From positions 1-64,000 of the forward strand of contig JBDRRF010000079.1 of NCBI GenBank assembly GCA_043825875.1: 64,000 nucleotides of DNA, read 5' to 3'. This document shows, in pieces, positions 18,922 to 27,042 of this stretch. Each line of letters begins with the position of its first letter. Position 1 is the first letter of the stretch. The translations under genes and the position numbers were made by a program. The notes below the pieces were generated by a model, which ran no database searches, was not told the DNA's origin, and saw only the letters and a list, made by a program, of their open reading frames with translations. The DNA comes from Pseudomonadota bacterium (GTDB lineage: Bacteria > Desulfobacterota > Desulfobacteria > Desulfobacterales > RPRI01).

Positions 18922-21192
18922 TCACTTTTGAATATCTAAAAGTTTTTCAAAAGGATTATTAAATGGCGTATTTTTCGGTTTTACAGGTTGTGCCGGTTTT
19001 CGATTAAATTTATTCTCTTTTATTTGTCCAGAGGAGTTTTCAGATTTTATTTTTTTACCAGGAACTTTTTTCAAAGAAAGTGAAATTCTTTTTCTGTCAA
19101 CATCAACCTCTATTACCGTGGCCATGACTTTCTGGTGAACTTTTACTACATCGCCCGGATTTTTAATAAACCTGTCCGATAGTTCGCTTACATGCACAAG
19201 ACCATCCTGGTGAACTCCTACATCCACAAACGCACCAAATGCCGTAACATTTGTAACAATGCCCGGAAGCTTCATACCGGCTCTTAAGTCTTCCATCTTT
19301 TCCACTCCGCTTTCAAAAGCAAATTCTTCAAGTTCTTCACGAGGATCACGACCCGGTTTGGCAAGTTCTTCCAATATATCATTTAATGTAGGAATGCCGA
19401 CTTCTTCCGTTACGTATTTTGAGATATCTATATTGCTTCTTTTTGAAGAATCATTTATCAAATCTTCCACCACGCAGGATAAATCTTCAGCCATTTTATA
19501 CACAATATGATAGCTTTCAGGATGTACTGCGCTTACATCAAGAGGGTTATCACCTTCTAATATTCTTAAAAATCCTGCCGATTGTTCAAATGCTTTTGCT
19601 CCAAGCCTTGGTATTTTTTTAAGCTCTTTTCTTGATTTAAACGGTCCGTTTTCATTTCTGTATATAATAATGTTTTTTGCAAGCTGAGGGCCAAGACCTG
19701 AAACATAGGTAAGAAGCTGAACACTTGCCCTGTTCACATCCACTCCTACTTTATTAACACAGCTTATTACAACATCATCAAGAGATTTCTTAAGAGCACT
19801 CTGGTCAACATCGTGCTGGTACTGGCCAACACCGATTGATTTAGGATCTATTTTAACAAGCTCTGAAAGCGGGTCCATAAGTCTTCTTCCTATTGATACG
19901 GAACCCCTTACAGTTAAATCAAGATCGGGAAACTCTTCTCTTGCAGTTTCAGAAGCAGAGTAAATTGACGCTCCACTTTCGTTAACCATAATAACCATAA
20001 TTTTCCTTGGAAAATCAATGTTTTTACAAAATGATTCCGTTTCCCTGCCCGCTGTGCCGTTTCCAATAGCTATGGCTTCAATTTCAAAACGTTCACAAAG
20101 TTCCTTTGTTTTTACAATGGCTTCTTTTTCGCCTTTTTCGGAAAAATGGGGATAAATTGTATCATGATGTAGAAGTTTTCCCTGCCGGTCAAGACAAACA
20201 ACTTTGCAACCGGTTCTGAATCCCGGATCAATTCCCATTACCCGCTTTGCTCCTAAAGGTGGAGATAAAAGCAGATGACGAAGATTTTCGACAAAAACCC
20301 TTATTGCTTCTGCATCAGCCTTTTCCTTGGTAAGAAGTCTTGCTTCAGTTTCCATTGATCGTGAAAGCAGCCTCTTATAACTGTCATGTACTGCGATTTT
20401 CACCTGCTCGGAATCTTTGCCTTCGGTTTTAACAAAAAGCTTTTCAAGCAAATTAATTGCATCTTCTTCATTTGGGGCAAGCGTTAAATTAAGAATATCT
20501 TCTTTTTCTCCTCTTCTCATTGCAAGTACTCTATGTGAAGGAGCAGAAAGAGCAGGTTCATTCCAGTCATAATAATCTTTATATTTTATACCGTCCTGTT
20601 CTTTGCCACCTGCCACTTTACTTATAAACATGCCTTTTGAAGAAAAAAGATTCCTTAAAGATGAACGCGCCTGTTGATCTTCATTAACTATTTCAGCGAT
20701 TATATCTCTTGCTCCTGAAAGTGCGTCTTCAACAGTCTCTACTCCCTTTTCAATATCAATAAATGCTTGTGCTTCCGTATAAGGATCTGCTCCTTCCTGT
20801 GCAAAAATAATCATGGCAAGCGGCTCAAGCCCTTTCTCCTTTGCAATAGCCGCTTTCGTCCGCCGTTTCGGTTTAAATGGAAGATAAATATCTTCTAAAA
20901 CTGCTATCGTTGGAGCAGCCATTACTTTTTCACGAAGTTCATCTGTAAGATGGCCATGTTGTTCCAATGATTTTAAAACAGCTTCTTTTCTGTTATCCAG
21001 TTCTTCAAGTCTTTTCAGCATATCTCTTATGTCAGTAATTACTACTTCATCAAGACTTTCAGTAGCTTCTTTCCTGTATCGCGCAATAAAAGGGACAGTG
21101 CCTCCTTCTTCAAGTAATGTTGAAACAGCTCCAACCTGCGATACTTTTAAGCTTAGCTCTTTTGAAATATTTGATATATGTGTTTCGTTCAT
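18922..21192 (-). CDS. tex: Tex/YhgF RNA-binding transcriptional accessory protein
   Basis: TVPFIARYRKE, GIDPGFRTGCK, ESGASIYSAS, GVGQYQHDV, S1 domain FGAFVDVGVHQDGLVHVS. Confidence 0.97.
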   Translation of the reverse strand: MNETHISNISKELSLKVSQVGAVSTLLEEGGTVPFIARYRKEATESLDEVVITDIRDMLKRLEELDNRKEAVLKSLEQHGHLTDELREKVMAAPTIAVLEDIYLPFKPKRRTKAAIAKEKGLEPLAMIIFAQEGADPYTEAQAFIDIEKGVETVEDALSGARDIIAEIVNEDQQARSSLRNLFSSKGMFISKVAGGKEQDGIKYKDYYDWNEPALSAPSHRVLAMRRGEKEDILNLTLAPNEEDAINLLEKLFVKTEGKDSEQVKIAVHDSYKRLLSRSMETEARLLTKEKADAEAIRVFVENLRHLLLSPPLGAKRVMGIDPGFRTGCKVVCLDRQGKLLHHDTIYPHFSEKGEKEAIVKTKELCERFEIEAIAIGNGTAGRETESFCKNIDFPRKIMVIMVNESGASIYSASETAREEFPDLDLTVRGSVSIGRRLMDPLSELVKIDPKSIGVGQYQHDVDQSALKKSLDDVVISCVNKVGVDVNRASVQLLTYVSGLGPQLAKNIIIYRNENGPFKSRKELKKIPRLGAKAFEQSAGFLRILEGDNPLDVSAVHPESYHIVYKMAEDLSCVVEDLINDSSKRSNIDISKYVTEEVGIPTLNDILEELAKPGRDPREELEEFAFESGVEKMEDLRAGMKLPGIVTNVTAFGAFVDVGVHQDGLVHVSELSDRFIKNPGDVVKVHQKVMATVIEVDVDRKRISLSLKKVPGKKIKSENSSGQIKENKFNRKPAQPVKPKNTPFNNPFEKLLDIQK

Positions 21193-21288
21193 TTATTCCC
21201 TTATTTTCACACTGTATTTTTTAAGATATGTTGTATGATTTAATAAATTGTGAAAAAAGATTCTTCTTTTTATGAAAAGGCATACTTC

Positions 21289-21433
21289 AGAGCCACTTTC
21301 AAAACGTTTCAGTTTGGTCAAGCTCAAGGCGGGCGAAAACTTCAACCACAGGAATACATTAAGTATTTCGAGGATTGAAATTTGAGCCCAACGCTTAAGA
21401 TCGGCCAAAATGGGGCGTTTTGAAACTGGCTCT
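21289..21433 (+). repeat. MITE-like structured repeat D
   Basis: same termini as 16637-16799; abuts the stop codon of the 21434 ORF. Confidence 0.9.
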
Positions 21434-21877
21434 TCAATTTGACTTTATCTTGGTTCTATTCAATCTAATAATTGCATCTTTAAATGAAATATATTCACCT
21501 TGATTACCATAATTTTTATATGGAACAACGGTGGGTTTTTTATGAACAATTCTTGCAATACCTTCCCTGAAACTGAAAAATTTTTCCTCATCCTTCTTTG
21601 AAAGATAAGGCTCTACTGCGGAAGATATCTTTATTTCATCATTTTTATCATCAGCAATTGGTTCAAATATAAAGCCGTCTTTTGCCGGAATTGCTCTTAC
21701 TTTTATATTTATTGTTCCGTTTACAGGTTTTGCGCCAGTTTGGGCTATAGCTTCCCGGCAGAACCTGTTTAACTCATCTATCCTGTTTTTAACCATAGGT
21801 TCATTGCCGGCTGATAATGGCAATGAACTTAATATTGTAAAGGATAAAACCATAAGAAATATCAAGATTTTTTTCAT
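21434..21877 (-). CDS. hypothetical exported protein
   Basis: AAGGAGG RBS, signal peptide MKKILIFLMVLSFTILSSLPLSA. Confidence 0.75.
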   Translation of the reverse strand: MKKILIFLMVLSFTILSSLPLSAGNEPMVKNRIDELNRFCREAIAQTGAKPVNGTINIKVRAIPAKDGFIFEPIADDKNDEIKISSAVEPYLSKKDEEKFFSFREGIARIVHKKPTVVPYKNYGNQGEYISFKDAIIRLNRTKIKSN

Positions 21878-21974
21878 ACAGCCTCCTTATGTTTATTGTA
21901 TAAATAATTTGAGCTTATTTAGCGTTACAATACCATTATTACATATTTCGGTCAATTTAATGTTTGTATTTAAT

Positions 21975-22203
21975 CAGGGTAACCGCATTTGGAAATAATG
22001 GTTTTGCGCAAACAGCCAAAACCGTCATACCGGACTTGATAAGCCTGCCCCGGCAGGTTGTAAGCCGGGGTTATCCAGAACCCAATGTAATTACTGGATA
22101 GCGCTAAAGGTTAGCGCTTATGCTTCACTACGTGTCACTTCGTGCCCTGCTTTTGCAGGAATGACAAAAGGAGTTGTTACTGTTTTTTATTTTCACTTCC
22201 CTA
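21975..22203. repeat. nested repeat: CAGGGTAACCGCATTTG MITE end enclosing a GTCATACCGG-type REP (22024-22165) with sub-insertions
   Basis: left end matches the 28271 element; REP arms gtcataccgg..tatccag..ctggat..gcaggaatgac match the 57181 REP. Confidence 0.7.
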
Positions 22204-22315
22204 AATCGTAAGACCATAAAAACGGTTTGAATTTGGCTAATACTTTTTCTTTTTCCTGTTTCATATTAATATTTATAGTATTTCTTGAGGCAACAATCAA
22301 TATTATAAAAATAAT

Positions 22316-22495
22316 GACCGCAAGTCCGGCGGTGAGCTGATATCGAGTTACTATTACACCCCGGGACCTGCCAACAACCGTTTATCCGTTGCCGAAGAAA
22401 GTAGAAGAACAGTCAATTACACCTATGACACCCTCTACCGCCTGACCCGGGAAGCCATTGCAGATCCTGCCCTGGGCAATGAGATCATCGGCTGT
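22316..22495 (+). pseudogene. RHS/YD-repeat protein fragment
   Basis: translates DRKSGGELISSYYYTPGPANNRLSVAEESRRTVNYTYDTLYRLTREAIADP; no start codon, GC-richer than flanks. Confidence 0.75.
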
Positions 22496-22701
22496 GCAAT
22501 GGTGGTAGTAATAAGTCTATGTTTTTATGTGATTTTAAATGATGTCTTTACAAATAGTAGTTTATGAAGAAGGATTAGTCTTTTTATCAGGAATGACCAA
22601 GCAAAGAAGTAAAATAAAATATATCAGCAGTTGCTCCCTTGGAGGGGGCTTGCTGAGGTATAGTTCTCCGGGGGAGCCTTACTTTAAAGAATTATTTTTG
22701 T

Positions 22702-22730
22702 TTGCTTTATGTAATCATGTGTGTTACAGT
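22702..22730 (+). promoter_or_regulatory. higBA sigma70 promoter with overlapping operator
   Basis: TTGCTT-17bp-TACAGT with extended -10 TG; TGTAA-N9-TTACA palindrome; ATG 5 nt after the -10 box. Confidence 0.6.
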
Positions 22731-22735
22731 GTATC

Positions 22736-23032
22736 ATGATTAAAAATTTTCGTGATAATTGGCTACGAGATTTTTTTATAGATGACATTCAATCTAAAAA
22801 AATACCTGTTGTCATTAGTTTACGATTATTTAGAAAGTTACAGTTACTTGATGATGCTATAAGTGATGCTGATTTAAGAAGTCCACCCAGCAATCATTTT
22901 GAAAAATTATCTGGTAAACTAAAGGACAAATGTTCAATACGTGTAAATGATCAATGGCGCATAATTTTTATTTGGGATGATGAACGTGGAGAAGCGGGTA
23001 GCATTTATCTTGATAATCATGCATATAAATGA
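22736..23032 (+). CDS. higB: HigB (RelE/ParE family) toxin
   Basis: MIKNF.., RKLQLLD, DLRSPPSNHFEKLSG, SIRVNDQWRIIF. Confidence 0.92.
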   Translation: MIKNFRDNWLRDFFIDDIQSKKIPVVISLRLFRKLQLLDDAISDADLRSPPSNHFEKLSGKLKDKCSIRVNDQWRIIFIWDDERGEAGSIYLDNHAYK

Positions 23033-23040
23033 GGCGAAAA

Positions 23041-23352
23041 ATGATTTTAACTAAACGTCAACCTGTCAGTGTTGGTGAAATGATAACTGAAGAATTTATG
23101 ATACCATTAGGAGTTACTCAGGGGCAACTTGCTACTGCAATGGGTGTCAGCCGTAGAACAGTAAATGAGCTTTGTACCGGCAAAAGATCTATCACCGTTG
23201 ACACTGCATTAATGCTGGCAAAAGTATTCGGCAATACCCCAAATTTTTGGCTCAATATACAGCAGCGCAATGATATATGGACAGCATTACACTCACCAAA
23301 GCGTATGGAAAAAATTGAGAGTGTTAAACCGATTCGTGAAGCGATGACTTGA
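23041..23352 (+). CDS. higA: HigA antitoxin (XRE HTH)
   Basis: GEMITEEFMIPLGVTQGQLA..GVSRRTVNEL..FWLNIQ. Confidence 0.93.
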   Translation: MILTKRQPVSVGEMITEEFMIPLGVTQGQLATAMGVSRRTVNELCTGKRSITVDTALMLAKVFGNTPNFWLNIQQRNDIWTALHSPKRMEKIESVKPIREAMT

Positions 23353-23540
23353 GTTTGATAATTATCTGACAGGCCAACCGTAGTAGATAACGCCCTTTAG
23401 TTATAAAGTTTATAATCTAAAAGGAGTTAAACAGGGTTGCATCTTAACTATTCAATATTGACATGCGTAAGGTAGTATAACAAGGTAGTAACTCAAATTT
23501 GTATGATATACGCAATCGGCCTCTACCTTTACGATGCCAA

Positions 23541-23724
23541 GGGTAGTAATAGGGGCGCTTTAAACTTACAAACTTATTTATTAAAAAGAAATACCTTTGT
23601 GAGTTTCTTGCTGCATATAACTGCTTTGCCAACAACCGTTAACAATAGATTCCTTCGGCTGGAAAGCGATATCAGTGTTATATACTAAATTAAGTTTAAT
23701 AGTATAATGCCATATTTACTCCCC
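23541..23724. mobile_element. ~190-bp inverted-repeat element, copy 1
   Basis: GGGTAGTAATAGGGGCGC..TATTTACTCCCC; homologous to the 24831 and 26006 copies. Confidence 0.85.
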
Positions 23725-23775
23725 AATACGAAACCTGACCGGCAACAGTATGCATGGTCACATAGAGGTTAAAGC

Positions 23776-24531
23776 ATGAATAGTCTAAAAAAGCATGAAA
23801 GTGTTTCTTATAAGTGGAGGTATATTTGGGGGGCTGTGGCGGTAAGCTGTTTCTTAGTGTTTGCATTCGGCTTGTACTATTTTCTTTGGGAATTCAATCC
23901 GCTTGTTAGCGATGAAGAGATGATTGCTCATTTTCGTGCCCACCGGGCCGAGTTCGAAGAGCTGGTCAGGCGCTATCGGGAATATCCACGCCCTCCTGAC
24001 AAAGACCACTCTTTTTGGTATAGGGAGGGAGATACCCCGGAGCTGATGCGACGTGCCGGGGTGGCTCGCCTTGCTCGTCTCATACCTGCCTGGTTCCCCA
24101 ACCCCTATTCTGTTGAGGCATCAAAGAGGTTCAGGGAGGCAATTACAAGTGGGACGGCCCGTAAGTTAGGGTTGTTTAACAAGTATGGTACAATTGGCAT
24201 TTCTCCTGTTTCCCAAAAATCGCCGCTGATTCAGGGCAACTCCAACCAGTATCATCTCATTACCCCTTTGCGTGGTGCAATCTGGAAAACTTATGCTCAT
24301 ATCCCGGAAATACCGCGCATCGAGGATGGCGAGCTGTTATGGCCTCTGACAATTGTAGGGAAAGGTGCTCCACTGACTTATTATAAAGAAATAGATGGAG
24401 TTCCGGTGTCACAAATACGAAAGCGAGTTCTTCCATCGTTAAACAAGTTTCCTGAGCAATGGAGGGATTATGAGTGTGTTTATAGGCAGATTGAAACGCA
24501 GTGGTTCATTCGCATGTGTAACGGTCATTAA
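23776..24531 (+). CDS. hypothetical membrane-anchored protein (candidate immunity protein)
   Basis: N-terminal TM helix, RBS GAGGT, GC-richer than neighbours, directly upstream of a truncated toxin-like gene. Confidence 0.7.
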   Translation: MNSLKKHESVSYKWRYIWGAVAVSCFLVFAFGLYYFLWEFNPLVSDEEMIAHFRAHRAEFEELVRRYREYPRPPDKDHSFWYREGDTPELMRRAGVARLARLIPAWFPNPYSVEASKRFREAITSGTARKLGLFNKYGTIGISPVSQKSPLIQGNSNQYHLITPLRGAIWKTYAHIPEIPRIEDGELLWPLTIVGKGAPLTYYKEIDGVPVSQIRKRVLPSLNKFPEQWRDYECVYRQIETQWFIRMCNGH

Positions 24532-24555
24532 CCATAAAAATTTAAGGAATAAGAT

Positions 24556-24830
24556 ATGGCAACCGTAACCTATTTGACTGATGCAGCCGACGAAACCTAC
24601 AAGGATGAAGCCTTTGGATATATCAAGCCGTTTGCAGGACATTTTATATGCCGCCGATGCTGTTGATATCTCCGCCGGAGCCATTGCGGGTGCAATGGTG
24701 GAGGAAAATAATGGCTATAATGATGTTGACAAATGGCTTGACCGCTATGCCGCATCATCCACCGATCCTGTTATTGCTGCCACGACTCTGCCGCTTGCAA
24801 TGGCTGGAGGCGCTACCGGGCTTGCCGCAT
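24556..24830 (+). pseudogene. frameshifted, 3'-truncated gene (possible secreted toxin N-terminus)
   Basis: AAGGA RBS; MATVTYLTDAADETYKDEAFGYI continues in another frame as SSRLQDILYAADAVDISAGAIAGAMVEENNGY..; ends at repeat copy 2. Confidence 0.55.
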
Positions 24831-25019
24831 GGGTAGTATTAAGTACGCATTAAACTTCCAAACTTATTTATTAAAAACAAATACCTTTTTACCTTTGTGA
24901 GTTTCTTGCTGCATATAACTGATTTGCCAACAGCCGTTACCGACAGATTCCATCGGCGGGAAAGCGATATCAGTGTTACATAATAAAGTTTAATAGTTGA
25001 ATGTCTCACTATTTACTCC
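24831..25019. mobile_element. ~190-bp inverted-repeat element, copy 2
   Basis: GGGTAGTATTAAGTACGCATTAAACT..CTATTTACTCC. Confidence 0.85.
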
Positions 25020-25192
25020 GTTGGTTATCAAGTAGTTAAATGGCGTGTATTATTAACACGGCAATTGAATACCTGACCGGAAATGGAGCAGCATTCTCTT
25101 AAACACTAATAAACCGTGCATACGTCGGAAGTATTGTTTGCTGTTGGTCTCCTATTTAATTGCCAGGTTAATAGAACCATGAATGAGGTAAA

Positions 25193-25984
25193 ATGCCACT
25201 AATAGTAAACTTATACTTTGAAAGTTTTGACGTTTTCAAGCTTGTCGATATTGCTGAACAAATCGAGAGTGATTGTAATCGAAAATTTACTGATAATTAC
25301 TTACGCTACTTCATACCACTCAAATTTGACGATGAATACCACTACACAAATATTCATGATTTTGAAGTGAAGCTAAAAAATAGGGGGGTAAAGGATCTTT
25401 TTTCAATATTTTTTACGGTAGAGGGCTCAGGAAAAATTCAAGGTACTGAAATAACTCTCATGCTTAAGCCAAAAATTAAAAAAAACATACCATTTGTTCA
25501 ATTATATTTTCAAATTGATGAAAACATCGTTAAGCATAGTCATATTGAAATCTTAAATAATTTAATAGAAAATTGTTCGTCACTTGGAAATATCCGATAT
25601 GGACTGTTAGATCAAATGCCATATTCAAAACTACCATTGTTGTATTATTTTGAAACTTTTAATGATGACCTTTCAAAAAAAGAAGAAAATCGTATTTATA
25701 CTTGGAAGATGCACAAAGACAAATACGACACTAAAATCTGGGATGTTTTTTTAGGAAACGTCTTTACGGAAAAGCATATATCTGGTGACCCCTCAATTAT
25801 TAATGAAATAAAGTCTATAGTTGGGCCGGATAATTTTATTGCTAAGAATAAATTATTTTTATTTGTTTTACCAATTAATAAGCATACAACAGATTTAACT
25901 GTTAAACTTGAAATGTTATTTAAAAACAAAAACCTATTAATGACACAACAAACAGAAGCTGATTACTATGATTCATTAACTTGA
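25193..25984 (+). CDS. hypothetical protein (candidate orphan immunity protein)
   Basis: GAGGT RBS, 263 aa, very AT-rich, bounded by repeat copies. Confidence 0.7.
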   Translation: MPLIVNLYFESFDVFKLVDIAEQIESDCNRKFTDNYLRYFIPLKFDDEYHYTNIHDFEVKLKNRGVKDLFSIFFTVEGSGKIQGTEITLMLKPKIKKNIPFVQLYFQIDENIVKHSHIEILNNLIENCSSLGNIRYGLLDQMPYSKLPLLYYFETFNDDLSKKEENRIYTWKMHKDKYDTKIWDVFLGNVFTEKHISGDPSIINEIKSIVGPDNFIAKNKLFLFVLPINKHTTDLTVKLEMLFKNKNLLMTQQTEADYYDSLT

Positions 25985-26005
25985 TTTTTATACCTCGCAA
26001 ATTGA

Positions 26006-26201
26006 GGGTAGTATTAGGGGCGCATTAAACTTACAAACTTATTTATTAAAAAGAAATACCTTTTTGCCTTTGTGAGTTTCTTGTTGCATATAACTGCTTT
26101 GCCTACAGCAGTTACCGATAGATTTCTTCGACGGGAATACGATATCAGTGTTATATACTACATTAAGTTTAATAGTTTAATACGTACTCTATTTACTTCC
26201 C
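26006..26201. mobile_element. ~190-bp inverted-repeat element, copy 3
   Basis: left GGGTAGTATTAGGGGCGCATTAAACT; right end reverse complement GGGAAGTAAATAGAGTACGTATTAAACT. Confidence 0.85.
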
Positions 26202-26282
26202 TATGGTTCAATTGCAGCTGGCATTTATTATATTACATATGAAATTTACGATTTAGTATATAGATAATTAAGGGCGAAAAAC

Positions 26283-26591
26283 ATGTGTGATTCACATAGA
26301 TTTTATTATGCAGGTACAAAGACTGAGATAAAGTTGGGTGATAACATTATATTTAAAAAGTTCTTTTTTAAAAAAATTAATGGCATAGTTTATTATATTC
26401 CAAGCCAGTCACCAGTAAATCCTGAAATGGAATATGAAAATGTAAAACATTGGACCATTAAATTAGATGATGGCAGAGTTATCTCATGGATATATTCACC
26501 CAATGAAGTACAACCGAGTAAAAGGGTCTTATTTATAAAGAGAGCAGATTTGGATAAAGAAGGGCTGCAACCTGAGGATAACTTAATTTGA
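26283..26591 (+). CDS. small hypothetical protein (candidate immunity protein)
   Basis: 102 aa, YYAGTKTEIKLGD..FIKRA, AT-rich. Confidence 0.65.
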   Translation: MCDSHRFYYAGTKTEIKLGDNIIFKKFFFKKINGIVYYIPSQSPVNPEMEYENVKHWTIKLDDGRVISWIYSPNEVQPSKRVLFIKRADLDKEGLQPEDNLI

Positions 26592-26804
26592 GGGCGATTG
26601 GGGTCTAAGGATAACTTTTGGAATATTTAAGTAAAGGTTGTGATGCCCTGAACCATCTGTCAAGCACGATTGCCCCGGATAGCGGAGTGACAATTGTAAC
26701 AAAATCAGAAAGGAGTTCTTTTGTGAGCGAAACAAAGAATCTTATTAATAATCTGATTTCATATTCATTTAAAATTTATTTTAGAAAGAGGGATATAAGA
26801 AGAA

Positions 26805-26944
26805 AGCGGCGGTCGGGATTGTTTGAACAGCAAAAAGTGGTTTTAAAGTGGTAAGCTGCTTATTCAAGCTGCTGTCACTCTTTTGAGAAGTGTATTCCAG
26901 TAAGCCATATCCGGTGATTTCTTGTTAAGGCTTTGATGCCGCCA
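26805..26944 (-). mobile_element. degenerate IS3-family transposase 3' end and right terminus
   Basis: frameshifted RHQ/ALNKKSPDMAYWNTL/..VTAA* followed by CTGTTCAAACAATCCCGACCGCCGCT. Confidence 0.45.
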
Positions 26945-27042
26945 TGAATGTTTACTGAATGTTTTACTGAAATTGCAGCTTTATTTTGACACCGCTATTG
27001 GTTTTACATAAAATCAGATAACAACAATCTGCTATTATAAGG

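Noticed and set aside
21193..21408. Small ORFs over repeats (also 16705-17097 and 23503-23688)
   Set aside because: Translations of repeat elements or antisense to real genes
23733..25080. ACCTGACCGG 10-mer after repeat copies 1 and 2
   Set aside because: Different distances from the repeat and absent after copy 3; likely chance
23541..26201. CRISPR array or classical integron
   Set aside because: Repeats are ~190 bp with kb-scale spacers; no cas, intI or RYYYAAC/GTTRRRY attC architecture seen
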